A stretch of 64,000 nucleotides of DNA from Parcubacteria group bacterium GW2011_GWA2_43_13. GTDB taxonomy: Bacteria; Patescibacteriota; Patescibacteriia; UBA9629; GWA2-43-13. The notes below the pieces were generated by a model. The model worked only from the letters and a program-made list of their open reading frames with translations, ran no database searches and was not told the DNA's origin. The stretch covers positions 1,925-65,924 of the forward strand of contig LCFM01000004.1 of NCBI GenBank assembly GCA_000999025.1, written 5' to 3'. The position numbers and the translations under genes were made by a program. Positions 11,594-19,389 of the stretch are shown here, piece after piece (the first letter of the stretch is position 1; each line of letters opens with the position of its first letter).

Positions 11594-11636
11594 AAAAAGA
11601 CCCTTACCGGGGTTAGTCCCGGTCGGGGGTTTTTTC
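11594..11636. terminator. Bidirectional terminator-like hairpin overlapping the NYN stop codon
   Basis: aaaaagACCCTTACCGGG-gttagt-CCCGGTcGGGGGTttttt. Confidence 0.7.
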
Positions 11637-12143
11637 ATTATGGTCACCTTTTTTGACTTCCAATAGAGACCTTTGGTCATTGATGTACGCTATGCGCGCG
11701 CCAGTCCGTTTCAGCAACACCGAACATTTAGCCGAGACCGAGGGAGAAATAATGCCTACACATTTGTTTCTTTCCAACAAGAATTTAACCAACCCCGCAT
11801 AATCACCATCACTTGAAACCAAAACCGCCTGCCCGAAAACCTTCTCATAGGCGTCGCGAGTGGCTTTAAGCACCAAGTCAGCATCGCAATTTCCTTTAAC
11901 TTTGCCCTCGCCGTCATACGTTATTTCTTTATAGACAAGAGTAAATCCTACCTCCTGCAAGTTGGTGTATAAATCTTTGTTCTTGGGTACTAGTCCAATA
12001 AACAAATAGGCACGGCTAACACCGTATTTTTCTTTCAACCACACCCTAAATTTCGCGTAATCCAATTGCCATCCCAGATGGATAACGCCACGATGCAAAT
12101 TGGCGCCATCAACATAGGCAAAGTTATTTTGTGCTGGTTTCAT
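11613..12143 (-). CDS. NYN-domain (PIN-like) ribonuclease
   Basis: YVDGANL; KGNCDADL; LVSSDGDY. Confidence 0.88.
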   Translation of the reverse strand: MKPAQNNFAYVDGANLHRGVIHLGWQLDYAKFRVWLKEKYGVSRAYLFIGLVPKNKDLYTNLQEVGFTLVYKEITYDGEGKVKGNCDADLVLKATRDAYEKVFGQAVLVSSDGDYAGLVKFLLERNKCVGIISPSVSAKCSVLLKRTGARIAYINDQRSLLEVKKGDHNEKTPDRD

Positions 12144-12201
12144 ATGTCACAGGAGTTTATCTATATTTTCTCGTGATGACATGCCAAATTTTATCATATA
12201 T

Positions 12202-12515
12202 TTACTCCAATAAATAATCCCACTCCGGTTGCCACGCCCTGTTATTTCGCCAATCCTCGACAAATGCTTGTCCCCATGTTTTACCTTTCAACAAAACATC
12301 AAGCGCAAGTTGCGGGGCTTGATGCGCGACAATGGCAACGCTCTTTCCATTATAGTTCTGTTTAAGAAATTCCAGAAAATTTGCCATGCGCTCTTGCACA
12401 TCTTGGTAGCTTTCCCCTTCAGGAAACAGCTCTCTTATCGCTTTTTCTTGCCAATAACAGCATCATTTTCATCAACAAGATCAAGATATTCAGCCACAGT
12501 GTGAGTTGGTATCAT
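12202..12515 (-). pseudogene. Chimeric remnant: NUDIX N-terminus joined out of frame to a histidine-phosphatase C-terminus
   Basis: MIPTHTVAEYLDLVDENDAVIGKKKR* then, in another frame, FPEGESYQDVQERMANFL..VAIVAHQ. Confidence 0.65.
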
Positions 12516-12531
12516 ATTTGGTTATTGTCAA

Positions 12532-13095
12532 TTATCTTTTTACACCCTCACAGCCCAATAAAAAATCTTTTAATTCCGCAAATGGTTTTATTTGTACATA
12601 CGTTTTTTGGTCGTCTTCCTCGCTCAATTGCGCCCGTGTAACGGTATATCCCTTTGGGATAAAAATCTTGTCCCATCCATACCCACGTTCACCAGCTGGA
12701 ATTTGAGATATCTCTCCATCCATGCTCCTTTCAAATAATTTTAGAATATTTCCATCGTAATACCCAAACACACATCGCGCAACAGCGTTACGCGTCTTTC
12801 CATGTACCATGGAACAGATAGTTTCAAACGGCAGTTCTTCAACAAAAAACCGAATAAAAGGGCCGGGCAACCTGCCAAAAGCCACAAACTCAAGCGAAAC
12901 ATCTTCAACAATTACCGGACTTTTAATTTTCTCGTATGCTTGCCGCACTTTGTGTTCAACAATTTCTTTAAGATCTAATGATTGTATCTCGTCTAAATCA
13001 AGTTTTAGGTGTTTTACAGGAAACCCCAAATATTTCGCCAAATAATCGGCCTTATTCTGGTTGCCTGTTATAAATGTAACATCTCTATTCTCCAT
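12532..13095 (-). CDS. Non-canonical purine NTP pyrophosphatase (Ham1/ITPase family)
   Basis: FITGNQNK, LDEIQ, VIVEDVSL, LPGPFI, GYGWDKIFIP; likely start MENRDV. Confidence 0.88.
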   Translation of the reverse strand: MENRDVTFITGNQNKADYLAKYLGFPVKHLKLDLDEIQSLDLKEIVEHKVRQAYEKIKSPVIVEDVSLEFVAFGRLPGPFIRFFVEELPFETICSMVHGKTRNAVARCVFGYYDGNILKLFERSMDGEISQIPAGERGYGWDKIFIPKGYTVTRAQLSEEDDQKTYVQIKPFAELKDFLLGCEGVKR

Positions 13096-13148
13096 AAGAA
13101 TAAACAAATGCATTAATTCGAGAATTACACAAAATACCCTCAATGGTG

Positions 13149-13202
13149 CGGTGTCTGTTTGAAAATATCCGAACGGAACTGGCTGGGCTCGGCGGGAGGA
13201 AT
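13149..13202. repeat. 54-bp direct repeat, copy 1
   Basis: cggtgtctgtttgaaaatatccgaacggaactggctgggctcggcgggaggaat, identical to 13955-14008. Confidence 0.9.
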
Positions 13203-13284
13203 CCCCCCCACCCCCCCCTTCCGCCCGCCTCGCCTTGAACCGGAGCGGAAAGGACGATTTCAAGTTTTTCTTTGGCGACAAGCC

Positions 13285-13512
13285 CTAAACCAAATCCTTT
13301 TTCTTCTCCTCAAATTCTTTCTTATTTATCTCACCCTTCGCGTATCGCTCTTTCAAAATTTCAAGTGGCGATTTTTCGCCATTGTGAGTGCCGCGAAATT
13401 GGCTCGTAAGCCACATGATAAGGGCAACAATACCCGCGATGATGAGCCCCCACCAAAGGAACATAAACATCCAGCCGAAACCGTCAAAAGGGAAAAATCC
13501 AAAATTCATCAT
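13285..13512 (-). CDS. SHOCT-domain small membrane protein, copy 1
   Basis: TM helix plus LEILKERYAKGEINKKEFEEKK. Confidence 0.85.
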   Translation of the reverse strand: MMNFGFFPFDGFGWMFMFLWWGLIIAGIVALIMWLTSQFRGTHNGEKSPLEILKERYAKGEINKKEFEEKKKDLV

Positions 13513-13541
13513 AGTGTTTGTTGAATTATTAAAGGTCAATA

Positions 13542-13868
13542 TTACCCAAAAACTAATACTTTATCCGAGGTCTCGACCATCTTGAGCAAGTCGGACATCG
13601 TGGACACTGCGCACACTTTGCTTTCTTCTTTCCCACGTATTTTGAGACAACTGGCGCATGCGTATATTTCGCCTTTCAATCCTTTGAATTCCACTACTTT
13701 TGCCGAGATATCAAAATACTCGCTATCAAGAATGGTATCAAGCTCCGAACCCTCACTCATCAAAAAAACCTCTACTTGATGGTTGGCTTTGAGCGCGGTA
13801 ATTCCGAATCGGAATGTATTCCACGCATGTTCGGGTTTGTTAGATTGCAAGATAATGCCAAGTTTCAT
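13542..13868 (-). CDS. DsrE family protein
   Basis: VEVFLMSEG; ACASCLKIR; MSDLLKMVETSDKVLVF. Confidence 0.85.
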   Translation of the reverse strand: MKLGIILQSNKPEHAWNTFRFGITALKANHQVEVFLMSEGSELDTILDSEYFDISAKVVEFKGLKGEIYACASCLKIRGKEESKVCAVSTMSDLLKMVETSDKVLVFG

Positions 13869-13954
13869 AAAGTTATTTTATTAATTCAAGTATACAATAC
13901 ATCAATGTATCTCTAAAATCAACGAAAAGAAAGGATGGCCTTTCTTTTTTGATT

Positions 13955-14008
13955 CGGTGTCTGTTTGAAAATATCCGAACGGAACTGGCTGGGCTCGGCG
14001 GGAGGAAT
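13955..14008. repeat. 54-bp direct repeat, copy 2
   Basis: Identical to 13149-13202. Confidence 0.9.
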
Positions 14009-14097
14009 TCCCCCCCAACCCCCTTTTTTTGCCCACCTACTGGAAACTCCCAGCGATTTTTTCGGACGGCGGGGCCTCAAATTGGGTAGTGGGTGGG

Positions 14098-14442
14098 TTA
14101 GTTTTGATGATTGATTAGATACTCTTTGATTCTACTATTATCTTCACTTTCCTTGTCGCCCTTGTAATACAACTCAATAAATTCAATGTGTAGAGTTTGT
14201 TCAAAATATGCGTAAATGATCCGCAGTGATGCCCCCTTCAAGTATCTACAAAATAACCGAGCTTTAACAATATGTAAAACTTCGGTTTTCGTGATGACAT
14301 TAAAATGTTTGCTGTTGCCTAGAGGAACAGCAGAAACTACATTGCGAAATTCCTGCAGATCGTCGTGGAGTGATTTGTATTTTTTGGCAAGCCGTTTGAG
14401 TTCTTTTTGAAATTCCGGCACCTCATCAAAGTTCATCGTCAT
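14098..14442 (-). CDS. RelE/HigB-like toxin
   Basis: PEFQKELKRLAKKY; LRIIYAY; IELYYKGDKE; overlaps the antitoxin stop. Confidence 0.7.
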   Translation of the reverse strand: MTMNFDEVPEFQKELKRLAKKYKSLHDDLQEFRNVVSAVPLGNSKHFNVITKTEVLHIVKARLFCRYLKGASLRIIYAYFEQTLHIEFIELYYKGDKESEDNSRIKEYLINHQN

Positions 14443-15196
14443 AATTTCTTACGGAGTATCTTTCATCACGGTAAAAGACGCTTTCGTAAGAAAGCGGTTT
14501 GCCGTCCTGCGCGGATTTCCACGGTATATCTTCATGCGAGTAATTTTCTATCTCGGCGGCGTTTTTATCCGAAAGACGAGCTAAGACATCGTCAATGTGT
14601 TCTATTTCGCGCGCCGAAAGTATATCGAGATTTGGACGCTTCCGTGGCAGGTACTTCTTTTGCAAATACTTGAAATACTGGCTTTTAACGGCCTCCAACT
14701 CGCCTTGCTCCTGCATTTCCTTCATTATTGAACCGAGCTCAACAGAGGTGGGGCCGTGATGGTTTTTAATATACGTCGCGCCCATCAAGTTTTCTTCAAA
14801 TTTTTCGTAGTAATCAAAATCAATAAAATAAAGTAATTTATGGAGCACGGTCTCACCTACATTTGGCTTACTGCCTACTTTCCCCAAAACATAGAGTAAA
14901 ACCTGCTTGAACTTCTCAAGGTTCTTTTCTGTAACACGAATCTGTAAGTCATCGGATTTTTTTGCTGACCCTTTCTCAATAGTTACAACTATTTTCGTAT
15001 CTTCTTTTTCCTCCAAAAAGTTTTCAAATGGAATATCAAAAACTTCCGCCAATTTCTTTGCCTCGGTAATAGTTAAATCCCGCTCCCCACGTTCAATTTG
15101 TATGTAGGTTGGGCGAGAAATACCAAGCTCTGACGCAAGATATTCCTGCGTCATATTACGCTTGCCACGTTGCTGTTGGATAAATTTTGAAAGCAT
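14426..15196 (-). CDS. XRE-HTH plus DUF4065 (Panacea/SocA-type) antitoxin
   Basis: MTQEYLASELGISRPTYIQIERG HTH; LHKLLYFIDF, HHGP, YSHEDIPW. Confidence 0.85.
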   Translation of the reverse strand: MLSKFIQQQRGKRNMTQEYLASELGISRPTYIQIERGERDLTITEAKKLAEVFDIPFENFLEEKEDTKIVVTIEKGSAKKSDDLQIRVTEKNLEKFKQVLLYVLGKVGSKPNVGETVLHKLLYFIDFDYYEKFEENLMGATYIKNHHGPTSVELGSIMKEMQEQGELEAVKSQYFKYLQKKYLPRKRPNLDILSAREIEHIDDVLARLSDKNAAEIENYSHEDIPWKSAQDGKPLSYESVFYRDERYSVRNYDDEL

Positions 15197-15198
15197 AG

Positions 15199-15611
15199 TT
15201 ATTTTGAAAATATTTCCCACACATGCAGGCCGAAAAAATAATAAGAGATTAATTCAGCTCCGACTGCTATAATTGTGATAATGAGCGGGGTTTTTAGTTT
15301 TTTTTTACTTCATTGAGTACTTCTCCCTCATTTTCAGCTGATTGATCAAGATTTTCCTGATGGAGAGTGCCTCCAACAACACGATTTGTAATTTTTCCAT
15401 TATTTTTTGCGGTTTGTCTACCGCCAATCTGAGTTAGGTCTGTCGCATTATGAGAGATTTCTCCACCCGAGGATTCTTGTTCTACATTTTGCATATGAAT
15501 TTTTGTCGCGTTAGTGGTTACAGACGCTCCCGGAGGTGTGTTGATTTCAATTTTATTATTTACTCCGTCGGGAGTCATAAAAATTATGGTATCGTGTTTA
15601 TATTCAGACAT
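15199..15611 (-). CDS. Hypothetical beta-rich protein; C-terminal TM segment cut off by a frameshift in an A9 tract
   Basis: ORF 15294..15620 stops just after A9; the adjacent frame continues KLKTPLIITIIAVGAELISYYFFGLHVWEIFSK* ending at 15199. Confidence 0.6.
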
Positions 15612-15673
15612 AAATAGCATTGTTTAAGATTATAATACTTACACTTCTATCGTAAGCGGTGTAGGGATTCTTG

Positions 15674-16021
15674 TCAATAGGAATGTAAAGAAGTTATACA
15701 CTCTCGCCTACAAGTGGGCAGGGTTATCTCGCCCAAAACCTGGGTGATGATTTCTTCTTCTTTTTCTACTTCGGCAACAAGGTGTTTTTGGATTTCCAAC
15801 GGAATAAAAGGAATTTTGAGAGAGGATAGATATTCAAAGCTCACGCGTGGTAATTGAGTGCCTTTTAGTCCTTTCAGCACTTCCGCGTTGAATTCATCGT
15901 TTCGTAGTATCAAAGCATATAATCCGGCAATGATTTTTTCAGAATTACTTCTCAAGACAAGAATATCTGTTGAACAAATACCATCTCTATCGGCAAACCA
16001 AACTTTGTTGAGGTTCGGCAT
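15674..16021 (-). pseudogene. Fragment of a type I/IIG R-M specificity (TRD) domain
   Basis: PNLNKVW..GICSTDILVLR..GTQLPRV..LKIPFIPLEIQK; N-terminus missing. Confidence 0.7.
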
Positions 16022-16024
16022 TAA

Positions 16025-16190
16025 CTTGCCATTGCCTTTCTAAAAGACGCCACCCAAGCCGAAAAATACGCAGAGCAAAAATCCGCCATAGGCGGACGGG
16101 ATTTTCTCAAAAAGATTGGTTCGAACTTCCGCATTGCCGAGCGGACGCTTTCGTTCCCCCTCAAAAATGCTTGGATTCTCGCGGGGAAAT
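16025..16190 (+). pseudogene. C-terminal remnant of a putative large serine recombinase
   Basis: LAIAFLKDATQAEKYAEQ..RDFLKKIGSNFRIAERTLSFPLKNAW resembles, from memory, the C-termini of CPR recombinase-family proteins; no start codon or catalytic domain. Confidence 0.5.
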
Positions 16191-16230
16191 ACCATCACCC
16201 CTTCCGCCTCGCCTTGCTTGCCTGCCCGAC

Positions 16231-16458
16231 CTAAACTAAATCCTTTTTCTTTTCCTCAAATTCTTTTTTATTTATCTCACCTTTCGCGTATCGCTCTTTC
16301 AAAATTTCAAGTGGCGATTTTTCGCCATTATGAGTGCCGCGAAATTGGCTCGTAAGCCACATGATAAGCGCAACAATACCCGCGATGATGAGCCCCCACC
16401 AAAGGAACATAAACATCCAGCCGAAACCGCCAAAAGGAAAAAATCCGAAATTCATCAT
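16231..16458 (-). CDS. SHOCT-domain small membrane protein, copy 2
   Basis: Near-identical to 13285..13512 (one aa difference, D/G). Confidence 0.85.
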   Translation of the reverse strand: MMNFGFFPFGGFGWMFMFLWWGLIIAGIVALIMWLTSQFRGTHNGEKSPLEILKERYAKGEINKKEFEEKKKDLV

Positions 16459-16471
16459 AGTGTTTGTTGAA

Positions 16472-17170
16472 TTATTTTTTTAATCTCCTTATTTCTACTT
16501 CTATTTCTTTCACTACTTCTTTATTTTCAATGTCCCCATCTAAACTAAAAATAATGAATACCTTGCCTTGATATTTTTTCTCAAAATCAAAAAAATTTGT
16601 TTTCATTCTTTCGGATACAGAATAATTACCAAAATTTGCTTGTGCAGTTACTGGTTTAATTTGTATGCCAAAAGCTTTTTCGCCTACAAATCCTAAATAA
16701 TCTATATCGCCAGCATGATCAAGATCGTTATCACTTTTAACGAATTTTACTTCTGGAAAATATTCAGCCAGTCCATCATTGACGACAGATTTTTCACGAA
16801 TAAAACCATCATACGTACGATGTATTGTCAGGTTATAAATATAATCTTTGCAATCTTGTAGCGATAATTCATTGAAAGCGGCTTGCCATTCTGGTATAAC
16901 AACCTCGATAATTTTTTCATATAATCTTTCGCCCAATTCCATTAAAATTTCTGGTGTAATTTTTATCGCATTTTTGTTTTCGGTAAATGCTTTCTCAAAA
17001 TACCACTGTTCCCATTCATCTATGGTTTTAGGCTGACATTCTCGTATGAGCATCATGACAGCACCAACTTTATTCGGACGAGATAATTGATACGTTTGGC
17101 AAGCGTAATTTAATACTTTTTCTTTTTTACCAAAGTCCTTAGAATATTTTTTAGATTTTTTTACCGGCAT
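16472..17170 (-). CDS. MjaI-family restriction endonuclease
   Basis: LSRPNKVG..LIREC; WEQWY; TYDG; DIDY..GIQIKP PD-(D/E)XK-like motif; adjacent to the MTase. Confidence 0.75.
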   Translation of the reverse strand: MPVKKSKKYSKDFGKKEKVLNYACQTYQLSRPNKVGAVMMLIRECQPKTIDEWEQWYFEKAFTENKNAIKITPEILMELGERLYEKIIEVVIPEWQAAFNELSLQDCKDYIYNLTIHRTYDGFIREKSVVNDGLAEYFPEVKFVKSDNDLDHAGDIDYLGFVGEKAFGIQIKPVTAQANFGNYSVSERMKTNFFDFEKKYQGKVFIIFSLDGDIENKEVVKEIEVEIRRLKK

Positions 17171-18467
17171 AATTTTGAGATAAATTAATAAATTTTTCTT
17201 TATATTTGTAATCCATTTCATTATCAACAAAAACATAGCCCCCTCTTATTAAATGAGCGTTTAGAAAAGTTTTATTTTGAAGATATAAATAACATAACAA
17301 ATTATTTCTTTTGTCATATTTTAAATCATCAAACTTTAAAAAAACCCGTTGTTTGTTGGTTTTATTTAATAAAAATTCCTTGGCATCTTCACATTTTTCT
17401 GGGTTAGTTTTTATACCTAATAATTTTATCATTAAACCATTATTTAACTTTATCGTCTCCGGATCTATTATTTCTTGTACTGTATAAAATTCATCTCTCT
17501 GCGCTTTATTGCTATCTATTTTTGAACCGAATTGCAATTTCTTTGGGTCTATCTTTCTGTCCATTTTTATAGGGTCTTTAAAAACATAAGGTAGGTTGGA
17601 AATTTCGTTTTCATAATTATTTTCGTTGCTCTCTTTATCTATAAAATTGACAGTTGAATTATCAAGTATTCTACCAGCATCAAATCCTAATTTTCCCTTA
17701 ATAATATCTCTAAACTTGGGATTAATTTCGTAACCTACCGAATTGCGATTTAAATTTCTTGCAGCTAACGAAGTGGTGCCGCTCCCCACAAACGGATCAA
17801 GTACCACATCACCAACAAAAGAAAACATTTTTATCAATCTTTTCGGCAATTCCTCCGGAAACATGGCAATATGCCCATCTTGCCTAACGCCGTTAAAATT
17901 CCAATGCCCTTGGAAATATGTATTCCATTCTTCTTTGGTAAGTTTTGAGAGTTCTTTTAATTCCAAATTTATTTTAGGGGACACTCCATTTTTTTTAAAT
18001 ATTAAAATAAACTCATAATCAAGTTTTATTATCCCATTTCGGGGGTATGGAAATGATCCCATTATTGTGGCACCGCCTGTTGTGTTCATGGTAGTTGATT
18101 TTTGCCAAATAATTGCCCCCATGTAATCGAGCCCTATGACTTCGCAAAATTTAATTATTTCTGTTCTTATCGGAATTACCTTATATCTTCCATAATAAAC
18201 AGAACGGGCAAATTGATCTCCAATATTGACACATAAACGACATCCATTTTCTAAAACCCTATAACACTCTTGCCAAACTAAGTTAAGATTATTTATATAA
18301 TCTTCATAATTATCATTGTAACCAATTTGATCCTCTGTCCCATAATCCTTCAATTGCCAATACGGTGGCGAGGTCACCACAAGATGAACGGATTTGTCTT
18401 GCAACTCCGCCATATTGCGAGAATCGCCAATGATAATTTTATGGTTTGTTTTTATACTTTCCTTCAT
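17151..18467 (-). CDS. Beta-class N4/N6 DNA methyltransferase with a C-terminal thermonuclease-like domain
   Basis: TSPPY precedes VLDPFVGSGTT; the last ~110 aa are SNase-like. Confidence 0.9.
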   Translation of the reverse strand: MKESIKTNHKIIIGDSRNMAELQDKSVHLVVTSPPYWQLKDYGTEDQIGYNDNYEDYINNLNLVWQECYRVLENGCRLCVNIGDQFARSVYYGRYKVIPIRTEIIKFCEVIGLDYMGAIIWQKSTTMNTTGGATIMGSFPYPRNGIIKLDYEFILIFKKNGVSPKINLELKELSKLTKEEWNTYFQGHWNFNGVRQDGHIAMFPEELPKRLIKMFSFVGDVVLDPFVGSGTTSLAARNLNRNSVGYEINPKFRDIIKGKLGFDAGRILDNSTVNFIDKESNENNYENEISNLPYVFKDPIKMDRKIDPKKLQFGSKIDSNKAQRDEFYTVQEIIDPETIKLNNGLMIKLLGIKTNPEKCEDAKEFLLNKTNKQRVFLKFDDLKYDKRNNLLCYLYLQNKTFLNAHLIRGGYVFVDNEMDYKYKEKFINLSQNYAGKKI

Positions 18468-18504
18468 ACCAACAACCTTATCTTAATCTCCTAAACTTTC
18501 AAAT

Positions 18505-18591
18505 CGGAGAGGGAGGGATTCGAACCCTCGAGGGAGTTGCCCCCCTAACATCTTAGCAGGATGCTGCCTTCAGCCGCTCGGCCACCTCTCC
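18505..18591 (-). tRNA. tRNA-Ser(GCT)
   Basis: GGAGAGGTGGCCGAGCGGCTGAAGGCAGCATC-CT-GCT-AA-GATG.., long variable arm, GGTTCGAATCC, CCTCTCCG. Confidence 0.95.
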
Positions 18592-18698
18592 ACGTCGGAA
18601 TTGCACTCCAGCTTTCGTCCCGACACAATGTCAGGACTACAGCTTCTGTGAATTCCTCCGTACAACAACACAAAACCTTCTCATCAAAACACGTCCGC

Positions 18699-18727
18699 AG
18701 TATAGCTATTTTACTCTATCCAGTCAA
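18699..18727 (-). promoter_or_regulatory. Promoter upstream of tRNA-Ser
   Basis: TTGACT-17 nt-TATACT. Confidence 0.7.
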
Positions 18728-18749
18728 TTAAATAAAACACATATGAAAT

Positions 18750-18810
18750 GTAGAGACGCAGTGATACTGCGTCTTTATTGAAATAAGACATGCCGGGGAC
18801 GCGTCTCTAC
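18750..18810. repeat. GTAG-type REP doublet (intergenic)
   Basis: GTAGAGACGCAGTgatACTGCGTCT...GACGCGTCTCTAC. Confidence 0.8.
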
Positions 18811-18853
18811 AAACTATTCCACCATAACCCTAAAAAGAGTATACTACTATTAT

Positions 18854-19330
18854 ATGGAAACACGGGTAACCGCATTTGAATGGGATTTCCCAGAATTTGA
18901 AAAACACCAACACACGCTTGGGTGGTATATTGGCGCTGGCATTTTCACCGCTGCTCTCCTTATTTACGCGCTTTCTGATGGAAATTTTCTCTTCGCAATA
19001 CTCATTATCACCTTTGCCCTTGTTGTATTATTCCATAACCATACAGAGCCAATCCTTGTTCACTGCAAACTTGATAAGCATGGCATCCAAGTCGGGAATG
19101 AAATATTTGAATTTAAACACCTTTACCGTTTTTGGCTTCTGTACGAACCGCCCCAAGCTAAAAATCTGTACATTGAATTTAAAAACAAAGTAAAACCGCG
19201 TCTGCGTATTCCTATAGAAAATGAAAATCCGCTTTTGATCCGCGACTTTCTCCTTGACCATATCAAAGAAGATCTTGAGCGAGAGGATTTGCCATTAAGC
19301 GATCAGTTCAGCAAACTCTTGAAGATATAA
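18854..19330 (+). CDS. Membrane protein of unknown function (two TM helices plus a soluble domain)
   Basis: W..PEFE..WY, two TM helices, then a PH-like tail. Confidence 0.75.
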   Translation: METRVTAFEWDFPEFEKHQHTLGWYIGAGIFTAALLIYALSDGNFLFAILIITFALVVLFHNHTEPILVHCKLDKHGIQVGNEIFEFKHLYRFWLLYEPPQAKNLYIEFKNKVKPRLRIPIENENPLLIRDFLLDHIKEDLEREDLPLSDQFSKLLKI

Positions 19331-19389
19331 TCATGATATGATACTGTCGAGAGGGCTTTAAGCCCTTTTTAAATGTATGAGTGTCTGTT

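Noticed and set aside
11486..11680. 64-aa ORF
   Set aside because: It spans a terminator hairpin and a promoter, overlaps the NYN gene and has no recognisable motif.
18592..18662. Structured leader upstream of tRNA-Ser as a riboswitch or T-box
   Set aside because: The hairpin with a TCCCGAC/GTCAGGA core looks like another small palindromic insert; no T-box or riboswitch consensus was recognised.
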